Shown here: piece after piece, positions 26,646 through 38,782 of the stretch | Position numbering within the stretch: position 1 is the first letter of the stretch | How the letters are laid out: every line of letters begins with the position of its first letter | The notes under the pieces: model-generated | Databases searched by the model: none | What the model saw: only the letters and a program-made list of their open reading frames with translations | Told to the model about the DNA's origin: nothing | Origin: Mytilus edulis | Taxonomy: Eukaryota | Direction: 5' to 3' | Assembly (NCBI RefSeq): GCF_963676685.1 | Contig: NC_092344.1 | Location: 76,818,001 to 76,882,000 of the forward strand | DNA: 64,000 bases | Position numbers and translations under genes: made by a program

Positions 26646-27477
26646 TGAAACCTACTAACACTTTTTTGTAATAAAACTCTTGATTTGTTATAAAATAAAT
26701 TATTATAAAAGTGTAAGAAAAGGACAAAGTGTGTGTTTGAAAAAACATCACCAATGCATCCAGGTAAAACATCGGGGAATGAAAGCAACTGAACAATTCC
26801 TTCCATTTCGTTGTGGTAAAAAAACTGGATAAGCTTCGAGGTTCAGGGCCTGTAACATTATTAACACTGTGTCAACACCCATGTGTTTCTGATATTCAAA
26901 CCACTCTATTAGGTGTATTGGATTGAGATAATTAAAAGCAACTTTTGTACATATCGCTTTCGAATTTTCCTTCATCTTTGTGTAGATAACATTCGTCATT
27001 TGTGCTCCAGGATTGCAAATTGCATGTCTCTCTACTAATATTATGTACAATGGTTTAAAGTTTATATCCTGGCAGCTGCAATAGTACTGTGTGGCAAACA
27101 CATGACATTCCTCATCAACTGTTTATTTGTGTTTAATATGTGCCATTGTTCTGTAAACGTTCTCATGGTTCCGTCCATAAATACAGTAATGTCCACAGAT
27201 CCGTCAAGTACGTTAAGTACTATATACTCAACCGTATTTTATATTAATTTTGGTTGAGCTACTGCTGACAGAACATAAATTGGATCATAATCACAATTTT
27301 CCCAGATCGGTACACTTAACAAAAACAAACCTATACCTCAACTAGTTGTTTTAATTATATTTAATTGATTATTATGTATTTCATATAACCCGGTTTTGTT
27401 TTTTTCTCAATCGATTTATGAATTTCGAACAGGTATATTACTGTTGCTTTTATTCATGAATATACATATATAAGTTA

Positions 27478-28918
27478 GCGGCAATAAGTGAAATGAGGCA
27501 TTAAACTAAAATCCTAGGCAATCAGCTAACGCCTAGGCATTAAGTTATTGCCTGAAATTTTCAGGCATTAAGCCCATTTCCTGAAATTTGATGACGATTA
27601 TTCATCCTATTGCCAAACATTATTTTAGGCAATAAGTAAACTCTGGAATGTATGCATATTTAGTGATTTATTCTTCATATAAAGTCGTTTCTTAATAATA
27701 TTTCTAAAAATACATGTATTAATATACATTAATTTGATAGATCTTTAAAAGTATGTTTAATTAGGTATTTTTTACAGTTTAACAAAATATTAAAAAGATT
27801 TAAAATGAAAAAAGCGATTGTATCCAATTAAAAAAGGAGGGTGATTCTATAGTATAATTATAATATTTATTTGAAAATTTGTACACTTCACTAGTCGACC
27901 TGGTTAGAACTGCACAAAAGTAGGCAACATTAAGATATGATTGTTTGCTCACACTATTTTCCAATTTTTTTTATTGGAAAAGTAAGTTTTCTTTGTTCAC
28001 AGTTCCAGAACTTGTGATATCAAAATTAATTCGACACAAATTTCTATTAAGTTTTCATATTTTTAGATTATTATTTGAAGCGTTCAAATACAAATAACAT
28101 GTTTTATTAGTGTTTCTATTTGCGGCCATCTTGTGGACAATTGTCTCATTGGCAATCATACCACATCTTCTTATTTTATATATTTAGGATGAAATTGGGC
28201 CCTGTAGATTTGCATCAGTACAATATTATTTTTTTTCTTTTGCAGTAATAAAATAAAATATTTGAAGTACTCAGTATTTGAATGAAAGATGTATGATTAT
28301 ATTAACTATTTTCTTTTCAATTCTAATATAAAACGTAGTTATATATTTTTTTTTTACTTATTTTTTTTGTTTCAAAGAGTTTAAACGTACAATTATAATA
28401 TCAAAATTATTTACTACCCTTAAATTAATTTTTTTTTAAATTTAAGTTCTTGGTTAAATTTGACATAATATTTCAATTTTTTCATTTGCTATTTTCTTTT
28501 ACGCCAGAACAAAAGACAGCGATAAGAACAATCTAGCTAAGATAATCCTCAAAGGTAAAGCTCAGATAGCTTCGATGTGCATGCTGGGACATGTCGTAAG
28601 TCGGTCCTTACTTTATCCTAATTTCTGTCCTAAGAATATAATTTTACAGGACCAATCACAGGACAGTTAAATTTCAATAAACCTAGTTCTCATATGTTAT
28701 TATGTAACAAATATATTTTTTATTTAAATGAATAAATGTCTTTTATTTACTAGCATTTATACTTCAGGCATAATGCCTGTACATATTTTTCAGGATTTAA
28801 GCTTAAATCCTAGGATTTAAGACTAATGCCTAACATCATTTAGGCAATATACTTACTGCCTAGGCGTTAGCTTATTGCCTAGGATTTAAGCTTCATGCCC
28901 AATTTCACTTATTGCCGC
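27478..28918. mobile_element. Non-autonomous DNA transposon with long (>100 bp) internally repetitive TIRs
   Basis: GCGGCAATAAGTGAAAT..CCTAGGCAATCAGCTAACGCCTAGGCA at left versus TGCCTAGGCGTTAGCTTATTGCCTAGG..ATTTCACTTATTGCCGC at right; no transposase ORF; TSD unclear. Confidence 0.82.
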
Positions 28919-31063
28919 ATATACATACATAATGATATGTTTTGATAATTTGTTTGGTATTTACTCTAATTCCGTTTTTTCATACATTTAAATTTTAGCT
29001 ATTAGACATACGGCATAAAGAACTAGTTTCAAACGAAAGACCTGTGTAGATATAACACAACTAATGCATAGGCCTAATTGCTTTCTATGCTAAAATTATG
29101 CAAGTTGAAGCTCAATGGCTACTTTGTGTTAAGTTCAAACAAAGTGGCAGTAACTTCATGCCAAAGCTTCACCTAATCCTGAATTTTGTTGAAAAATAAA
29201 ACATACCTTTCATTGCATATCAGAGCGTACTAGTTCCCGGAAGTTTGATAGTACAAAAAAAACAGATACTTCTGATCTGAACAACAGGGGAAATGTGCAC
29301 TCTTATTAATTGTTACATACTTTTTTGTTATTCCAAAGAACCGTTCAACAAGATTTTTACAGTGGTTTAAGTCCCAAAGCTATCATTTATTACCAAAATT
29401 CCACAAATATTTCACATATTGATAAATATGTGAAATACGTAGGAACTATTTTGTTTTGAATAGGTACTACTTTCGTGTATGTTTTTTTTCCAACAGGGCC
29501 TGAATTATTGGTTCTATACCCTTATTTAGTAAAAATTTAAAAAAACTTATACAAATTTCATGCGACCGAATAAGCTTCATTAGGAACAATAAAAGCCAAA
29601 TATTTGAAAGCAGAAATTTAAAAGAAACGAAACAATAGAAGAGCCATATGACTAAAAAGAACTAAAAACAAAAAAAGGAACAAAATCTATCAAAGGGAAA
29701 AGATAAATAGATAACACAAAATCATTCATTATGCATTCTGTTGCAAACTAGATTAAACTGGTAAGAAGACATGTCTAAACAAAAATGTTTAGGTTATGAT
29801 GCTCGAGTTGTGTAATGCGATATGATGCATATAAAAGATATATATGAAGTGAAAGTTCTCTTTGCCCGTTTTTTATTACATTAATAATGAAAACGATACC
29901 AGTTGTTCTACACCAGATTCGCATATTAACAATCAATGTCCCATCAGTGAAGTTTATTTAAAGAAAGAGGAGCAATACACAAAAAAAAGGACAAAAAAGT
30001 ATAGCCAAAGCCTGGCAAGCAATCAGAGCTATGCATGAGGGAGATATATTCCTTAATTCAAAATAACATCCAAAGTTTTGTAACAGAAAATTTTGACAAC
30101 ACGAAAACAGTATTTTCATGGGTACAACTAGGCTTGTGATACCCTCGAAGACAATCAGTCCACCAGTACAGACATTGATTTAAAATGTGATAATACCCAA
30201 TAGAGTAATAAGCGGTAAAATCTTTTGTAATACTAACAAATTGTAACTTTATAACAAGTCGCATTTCATCAATAACGGTCATAATGCCACTGTATATAGG
30301 GCAACATTTCTAGATTTCTCTTAACGACAAAAGGTAACTGCAGGCTTTTTGTTTCACGAAGTTGAGTGGTCACTTCCATTGGTCATGCCAAACATTGTTT
30401 CATGAACTTTCACTTGACAGGTTCAACAGTGCTCGATGATATCTTTAAAATCTTCAAAAATGATATTTCTTGGATAGTATTAACATAAATGAAAACAAAA
30501 TAAGAAAAATAAAATAAAATAAGAAAATAATACTTTTGGGTTTGAGTGTTCCTGATGAAGGTAAATATAGAGAAGCGCTTTGGACGTATGCCATTTAAAA
30601 AGGTTTTTTTTCTTCATTTTTTTATCATGCCTATATAAATTAGTTGGTGACATTTGCTTTTAGATCATAAGCTGTATTGTGTATTTTTAGCCGAAAGCAA
30701 TTCTAAGAGGACACATCTTTACATAATATTAACATATGGAGATGCAGTATGATTGCCAAAGAGACACCTATCGACCAAAATACAAACGAAGAAACAGTTC
30801 AATTGTTAAACGAACGGCCCAAATTTTTGACAAAAGAATTAACAGAAAAACTAACGAATGAACCAACAAATACCACTGAACTACAGGCTTCTGATTTCTG
30901 TTAGGCACAAACAGAATGTGGCGGGATTAAATATGTTTGTGAGCACTCAACCCTCCCCTAATCTGGGAAAGATGTGTTACAATACACCGTAAGATTGGTA
31001 AATACTTATATTAACATTCAAAATATACATAAAATAATAATACATTACTACTATCATTGTTAC

Positions 31064-31128
31064 CTTTATATTTGTATCAGGACAAGTCAGCAAGAACCAG
31101 AGAAAAAATCCCACCATACATCACTATC
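31064..31128 (-). pseudogene. Possible signal-anchor exon of the GT92 pseudogene
   Basis: ATTTACAG| acceptor, MVGFFLWFLLTCPDTNIK, AAG|GTAACA donor. Hydrophobic, but homology cannot be demonstrated by eye. Confidence 0.3.
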
Positions 31129-31800
31129 CTGTAAATGATTATTTTTTTCATATTGATTCCAAACTGTTGACTTTTCAAATTTGTGTATAAATCGATATGA
31201 AAAATCGTTCCAGCGAAAACAAAATAAGTTTACTACTTGTACATTTTATAGTTTTATCGGTTTTGATGTCAAATTATTATGGATCAAAAGGGTTTATAAT
31301 AGACGTGTTAGATAAATGATGACTGTTGACAAACAACAAACGAGAGTCGAGGGACGATAAACATTTTAAAGGGGTCGTCTCCAAAAAAGTTCTGATTTTT
31401 TTCTATCGTTAATATGATGCATTATGTAAAATCCAATGAAACATTTCATTACTTTCAGTCAATTAAATTCTACCAAACCAGCGCAAAACTTAACACTCAG
31501 ATTTATTTAACATTTAAGTCTGCGAATAGCATGTTTGACATTAACTCGTCATTTAATGTTTGTATATATCTTATACGCTAATTCTGGAGTCAGGTTGAAT
31601 TATTGTGCATCATTTTGGTGACCAGGAAACCGCTGCGTACAAGTCGTATTGGTGTTCGGTTGTAAATCAAAACCTGTTTTGTATCGATCTGATTAAGCCA
31701 TTTTCAACCGTTTCTTTACATTATGTTTTTATGTTATGTTATTACACCACTGTCTCGGTTAGGGGGAGGGTTGAGCGCTCACATGTGTATATATACGATA

Positions 31801-32970
31801 TCTTGGAGACCAGTTGCAAATGACCGATTCATAAGGAAATGAGTTCCAAATTTCTATAGGTTTTTGGTATTGACTTAAAATCTGATTCATATTCTTATTA
31901 AAATAAACAGAATATGTTAGTTTATGAGTCATTTATTTTTGTTAATATATCGGTATTTCATAAAAAAAAAGAAAAGAAATATAATACATGATATGTAGTT
32001 TGGCTCTGCTCCCTTAACTGCAAAATATTATTTTCGAGTGAGATAGCATTGGCTAATCCGAAGTTGGAACTCCCCCATATCTTCCGATTTTTTTTTATAT
32101 ATGAACGTGTCATATGTATACATATGTATACATATGCATACATAATGTTGCGGGGTGATATATATATATATATATCACCCCGCAACATTATGTATGTGAC
32201 TGTCCGTATTCAGGAGCATGTAGTTTAGTGGTTGTCGTTGGTTCATGTCTGTCATATTTTTTTTGTATATTGTTTTGATTATAATTAGGCTTTTTTTTTA
32301 TATCGTTTTCTTAATTGAATTGTTTCATTTTTTTTCATGGAGGGGTCTTGTATATTCGACTTTTACTTTATGGTATGGATTTTTCTCATTATTGAAGGCT
32401 GTATGGTTTTCTATAATTGATTACATTCACTTTATTTGAACTTTGGTGGATAGTTGTCTCAATGTCAATCGTACCTCATCTCGTTACTTTATACTGGGTG
32501 CAAATCTAATGAAGAAAATATCTCCCACAACAACGGTACTATACCATCAATTGTATAGAACATAGTGAATGAAGAAACACCAAAACACAAAGACAAAATC
32601 CATTATCACGAATAAAACTTTGTTCTTAGCAACAAAATGACCAGCAAATGGCGATTTCTTGGAGACCAGTTGCAAATGACCGATTCATAAGGAAATGAGT
32701 TCCAAATTTCTATAGGTTTTTGGTATTGACTTAAAATCTGATTCATATTCTTATTAAAATAAACAGAATATGTTAGTTTATGAGTCATTTATTTTTGTTA
32801 ATATATCGGTATTTCATAAAAAAAAAAAAAAAAGAAATATAATACATGATATGTAGTTTGGCTCTGCTCCCTTAACTGCAAAATATTATTTTCGAGTGAG
32901 ATAGCATTGGCTAATCCGAAGTTGGAACTCCCCCATATCTTCCGATTTTTTTTATATATGAACGTGTCAT
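31801..32970 (+). repeat. Near-identical ~313-bp direct duplication (31801-32113 and 32657-32970)
   Basis: Both copies run TCTTGGAGACCAGTTGC...ATGAACGTGTCAT; the differences seen are in homopolymer runs. Confidence 0.95.
32137..32196. repeat. Perfect 60-bp palindrome
   Basis: CATACATAATGTTGCGGGGTGA-(TA)8-TCACCCCGCAACATTATGTATG. Confidence 0.95.
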
Positions 32971-35659
32971 GTTGTTCCTGGTGTTGGAGTACCCCTCCCT
33001 TTTTTCAAATTGGCTGAATCCGCGCCTGTGTAGCAATTTCATACAAATATTATTGTACCGAGTAAATCAATAATAAGTTCTACTCTTATGAGATGGTCCC
33101 TTATTTAAATGTCTCAATTGTAGACTCTCGACTCTTTATTGTCAACAATAGTCAGTTATCTAAAATGTCTATTATTCAACAAAATAAGACAATAGATATA
33201 GTCACAAGGGAATTATTGTCAATAACTATTACATATTTTTATCTCATTTCAATCTTATATACAAATTCATACATCTGAAGTATCATTATGCAATGCTATA
33301 GAGAAAAACATTTGTATAGGCACTTTAAGCTATTAGCACTATGAATTGCAATGACAGTATACAGCATAGTTATGAATTTGCATTATTATGCAGTTTTTAC
33401 AAAAATTAAATATTAAAACTGAAAACTTACATAAGAGACAAAATCTAGACATTCATAAATTAAATACACATAGCACATTCTTTACCATATTGCATTGGTT
33501 GCATACACAGGCTGGTAATGAATAAAACCGTCAGCAGAAACAATGACAGGAATGTGTATATTGACTTTCGATATTTTATAATTTAACCTGAATAAAATGA
33601 ATATAACAATCATAAGACGAATGATATGGACATTACTCTTACAGGAATCTAAACACAAATATACATATGTTTCCCAGTTTCTAAAATTTACATTGGTTTA
33701 CATATATTCTGTTTTACATGAGTTATACTATGCGAAAATGACCAAATATGATTTACACCACTGCATACTCAGTCCCAATTATATATTCTTGTACGTGCTA
33801 CACTAAAACTAATATATTTTATTTCATCTGTTATGAAATAAACGTGACAAAGAATACGTCAATTTCTTTTTGATAAATTCGCGAGACGTACATCGCATGA
33901 CGTACAGCTTATATTTCTCGTTTACAGTTTGCTGGTGTACTGTCGTCAATTTGTAGGAGGTGTCCGTTGTTATTTTTTGGTTAACAGGTTTTTATGTACA
34001 AGTTCTGTTCTAAGTTGTCTTGTGTTTATTTGTATTGTATTTTTGTCGCATTATGTTGTCATTTTAGGTATTTTTAACATTGTAATAAATGTGGGAGGTT
34101 TAACTAGCCATTAAACAAGGCTTGATAGTACAGTTTCAAGTCAGGGGTATGGCAGGTGTTATCAAATAGTCCGTTTCAATGCATGCTGTTATTTTATTTG
34201 ACATTTTAGTGTTTCTGTTGTTCCGTTGTTTTCTTATTACAGTTTGTGTTTTCCCTCGGTTTAAGTTAATGATCCGGTTTTTTTTAATAAATCGATTTAT
34301 GACTATTGAACCCCGGTATACTTCTGTTGCTTTTATTTACCAATATAATTTCACATTTTGATACGTACAATGTACGTTATTAGTTTTTTTTCTACCTACT
34401 CGCATTTAAATAGTTCATCTTTCAAGCAAAAGGTTAAAACATTAATATGATAGATCCTGTAACAAACATGAAATGATTGACCTGTAGAAATAAGAAGTGA
34501 ATCCCAACACTAATTAAAACTTCATCAATGCAAGAATTAACATATTGTACGCCATACATGATGCGTTTTCTTAAATGATAGATATAATAAGATCTAGATG
34601 CGGTATGAGTGCCAATAAGACAACTTTCCATCAAAGTCACACATTGTAAAAGAAAGACCAGTATAAGTCAAAAGACGTTTTTCAACGCAGAGCCTTGCCT
34701 CACACCGAACAGTCCTAAAAATTTAAAAGCCCTAAAAATAACTAGTGTAAAACAATTTAAACGGGAAAACCAACGGTCTAATCTATATTGAAACACAAGA
34801 AACACTTTAAACCACACCAACAAACAACAACTAATGAACATCAGGTTCCTGACTATATGTCTGTTTGGATTGCTAAAGTTTCGCATAAAACATGTATAAA
34901 AGAACCATATGTGTCACTCGAATTAAAAAAGTTAAAAAGGCAAAATAAAGTACAAAGTTAAAGATCATGTAGACACACAAGTCCGAAAGGATTTGTCCAG
35001 TTCAGCCAACACTACAAACCAGTTACAGTCTGAAATGGTCTATATCCGTACTCGAAAGTACTAATTTTGACTCAACCAGTCCGAATTGGTCTGAATTTTA
35101 CTAGACATTACTTGACCCCAGTCTTAACAAAACTCGACTGTTCTGATTTGTACTTGACCAATATCTTTGACATTGAAAATAGTATGAAGTATTACTCGAC
35201 CAATCTGAAACAGTCTTACTCTGTTCTCACCCTTACTCGACCTTTTTTCAGTCTTAACCATACTCGACCAAAGGTCTGAACAATACTCGATCTGTCTGAA
35301 CCATACTTGACCAAATAACCTCTACTTTTTTTTTAAATTTCAACTGTTAAATTAAATTTCTTTTTAACTGACATGACAATAGCCATAATACAATAAAGAG
35401 TTATATATAAAATCAGATTTTTACATCCTTACATGATTCTCACAATTATCACAGAGAGAAGATTAAATCAGATCATCTTATAAAATAAATTTATTTTATT
35501 AAATTTAAAGTTTGAGAGTTTAGTTAAATAACAGATTATCTTTTATCTAAAACTTCACTTATACTGCAGGTAATAAAACCTCATTAAGGTGCTTCTCGTT
35601 GGGCATGTTTTTTTTAATCTTAATTTCCCAAAATGTCTAAATAAAAACAAAATAACAAA

Positions 35660-35734
35660 AATTAAATATTCTCTGACCAGGTGATGCCCCCCTCCCTCAG
35701 GTGGGGGCATCACCTGGTCAGAGGATATTTAATT
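35660..35734. other. 75-nt near-perfect hairpin
   Basis: 32-bp arms AATTAAATATTCTCTGACCAGGTGATGCCCCC / GGGGGCATCACCTGGTCAGAGGATATTTAATT, one U-G pair on +, 11-nt loop. Confidence 0.9.
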
Positions 35735-36284
35735 CTAAATAACATTCAACATTATATACAAATTAAATCGCAAGGCCTTTTGAATTCACTAGATAAGTAA
35801 TGCACGAGTTTGAGAACAGTACTGTTTTCTTTGTACCTGTAAAACACACTGATGTCATTAAATCTTTTTCACAAAAAAAACTCTTCACCAAAGCCAAACT
35901 ACAAAATTGAATACACACAATCATTTACTGGTTAAACTAAAGATGTACTTAACTTGGTCAATATTCACGAATCTAAAAAAGAACGAATACATTGTACTAT
36001 GACACATTATACATACAAAATTAATAAAAAAATTAAAAAAAAAGAACAAAATGGCGTTAAATAAAATACAGAAAACAGGTAAATTAAAATATAAAAATTT
36101 TGTTGTTAGGAGTACGGAATTTACAAAATAACCAAATGTGATGTTCATAGTACAAAAGTAAAATTGTATCATCATACTAAATACTCAAAGGTACATATTA
36201 CAAATAGTGAGACGAAATAACACACGAAGTAAGTACATGTAAACATGCGTTTCAAATTGTGAAAACTTCTCAAATTATCAAAAA

Positions 36285-37560
36285 AGTACGACTTGAGAGT
36301 ACTCGCAGTTACTTGCAGCTAGTCAAAAGCCAAAAACAATTAAGGAATGACAAATAACTTTTCTGTCTGTGAAGAAATAACATGAAAAATGAGGTGCACA
36401 CTGAATTACGCGCGTAGCACCACACTTTTTATGCTATTTCGAATAGACAGAAAAAAATATTACAGTCATTTCTTTTAATTCAACTTTTTATGCTATTTCG
36501 AATAGACAGAAAAAAATATTACAGTCATTTCTTTTAATTCAACTCTCAATTCCATTTTAAACCGTAGAAAACCATGAAAAAACGTTGATGACGTCACTGT
36601 CACATGACTTAATCATATCTATGGGCTGATAACAAAATAACGTCAGCCAATCAGAAGACGCATTACATCTTAAATTAAATTATTTACTAATATAAAAAAT
36701 ATGCATCAGAGAATTATATCAATTGAAACACGTTCAATGGATTTATTTTATTTTAAAGACATGAACAGTCAAAGAAGGCAATCCTTGTGTAATGCCAAAA
36801 TAACAGTATCGACAGGTAGGATAGTTAGGATTTGACCTAATAATAAATATGTTTCATTTTATATATAGATAAATCAACCTCTATTAAGAAAACAAATGTG
36901 GACGTGTATTTGTATGTATATATAATTTATTTATTCATTTGTACATGTATCGTAACGATCCAGCGCCCTCGTGGGGAAAATTGTTGACTACTATTCAGAC
37001 GTTTTATATAATATATATATATATATCCAAAAGAATAGAATACAAAGGTAGTTATGTTTTAATTTGTTGATGACAAAGTCGATATTTGTGCCAATGTAAA
37101 CAGTATTCATAGATCTTATTACAATAATTATAAGATAAACTTTACTAATAATAAATTGTAAAATGGAAATGAGGAATGCGTCAAAGTGACAACAACCCAA
37201 CCAAATGGCAGACAACAACTGTAGATATAGTAAATGCTTTAAGTTATTTATGGTTAATAAATCCCTGACTTAATAATGTACAACGCATTTATTACGTTTG
37301 TTAACATCTAAATTTATTTAAAGAATTTAAAGAAATTAACTTGGGTAAATTTCGATAGTAAATTTAGAGAAATCTAGATTGTTTAACGAAAAGCATCATC
37401 AAGATATGGTAGGAATTGTTAAATGTGTCAACCAAATGTTCCTATGGCATGTATTTACTGAGTTTGATAGCAATACAGGAATAAGTCTGCCATTTAAGGG
37501 GTGCAATCAGTACCCATACATTTTGATTATACTATTGCCTTTTAACAATATATATGCATT
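36285..37560 (-). mobile_element. Old Penelope-like remnant with nested hairpin element (about 36340-36685)
   Basis: MGTDCTP RT motif, C-terminal VIRSMNTVYIGTNIDFVINKL, and a 3' UTR homologous to 18900-19110. Confidence 0.7.
36424..36541. repeat. Perfect 59-bp tandem duplication
   Basis: ACTTTTTATGCTATTTCGAATAGACAG...CTTTTAATTCA occurs twice. Confidence 0.9.
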
Positions 37561-38782
37561 GATACCAACCCTGGGCGAAGTAGCAAAGACTATTTGTAAC
37601 AACTATCATAATAGGTTAATGTATTAATATATTAATTAAACAAATGTATTTTATTAGTTAATTTTACTTAATATTCCCTCTGAGTATTCAGTGGTAATTA
37701 AATAGAGAAACTTGTTGAAATGCTGTTCACCAAGTTTAATTGTTATATAGCGATATGTGCAATAAAGAATCAATTAGAGAAAAAAAAATATTTACCCTGG
37801 GAAGAATGACGTATATTTCAAAAACCTATTGGTGCAGAAAGGATTAAAATACAAACTACTCAACATATAAGTAATTAAGAAAACAAACGATTTAGACGTA
37901 TATTAGGTTATGTTCATTAATCAATACATTGGAAAAAGAAATTTATTTACCAATATATTTGATACAGTTCCATGAATTCTATTGTACCCATGTAAAAGGT
38001 AAGTTTCAAAATTCATAAAAATTTTGAAGAAAACAGCAGTACTATTCCATGCAAGTGTATCTCTTATTAAAAACATTATATCTTTATGGAGTGATTATGA
38101 TATGGAGTGATCATGACTTTTATAAAGTGTAGTTGTCATATATATAGTTTTAGTTTGTACCTGTGTATTTGTATTCATGATATTTGATTCATTATTTGGT
38201 ACAACGAATTTGACTTTCACTACATGTTCTGTTGTGCTCCTTTTGTAACTCCTCAATTCAATATCAAAAACTTGCAGTGTTTATGTACCTTTCAAAGTTA
38301 AAAGGCTTATAAGTGGTTACTTTCCAAACCAAATAAGTATTTCGACCGTATGCGTGTAATCTTACGGTCGGGCCATATGAGTACACTTATACGGTCTAGG
38401 GCGAACTGGACCATGTTGACCATATTGGTTGTTTTTAGACAAACATGTCTCAAAATCTGTTATTGAATTCACAAATCAATATTATTACAATTAGACGAAT
38501 AACATGAAACATATCATCAATCTCCTATAATAGTCGAGAAAGAAACTTTCAACAACTGGTATTACAGTAACAAAACTACTTTATCCATTCTTTGCGTTAG
38601 TTTTCAAAACGTTTCTATTATATTTTCTCATTGTATTTTCAATGGACTTTTTTAATAGATTTTGTCCAGTATCTTTTTTCGGTTTTTGGTAGTACGGTTC
38701 CAAAAACATTCTAAAATCTTTTCTTCTAACATTATGCTTACTAAATCTGATATATAATAAATACTGACAAACTAAATACGGA

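Larger units (their letters stand above)
20775..27314 (-). pseudogene. GT92-family glycosyltransferase pseudogene (paralogue of the 1866-7232 gene)
   Basis: Exons 27314-26752, 22412-22244 and 21269-20775 match gene-1 exons 2-4 and share its internal intron phases (VLSAVA, IVLNVLDGS, NYLNPIHLIEWFEYQKHMGVD, VAVIDFDEFI, SELLPLHPDSAGF, KHIYLPRRT). Lesions: at least two TAA stops and frameshifts in exon 2, a 1-nt deletion in exon 3 (169 vs 170 nt), a repeat insertion in exon 4 and a GC donor. Confidence 0.9.

Noticed and set aside
18998-27314. GT92 pseudogene rescued as a selenoprotein by the downstream sense-strand SECIS-like element
   Set aside because: Its premature stops are TAA, not TGA, and it also has frameshifts and an exonic insertion.
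20775-27314. Pseudogene lesions as mere sequencing errors
   Set aside because: Some indels are in homopolymers, but the substitution stops and the repeat insertion cannot be explained that way.
30340-30480. Additional pseudogene exon on the minus strand
   Set aside because: Coding-like composition, but stops are present, splice sites are unclear and homology cannot be shown.
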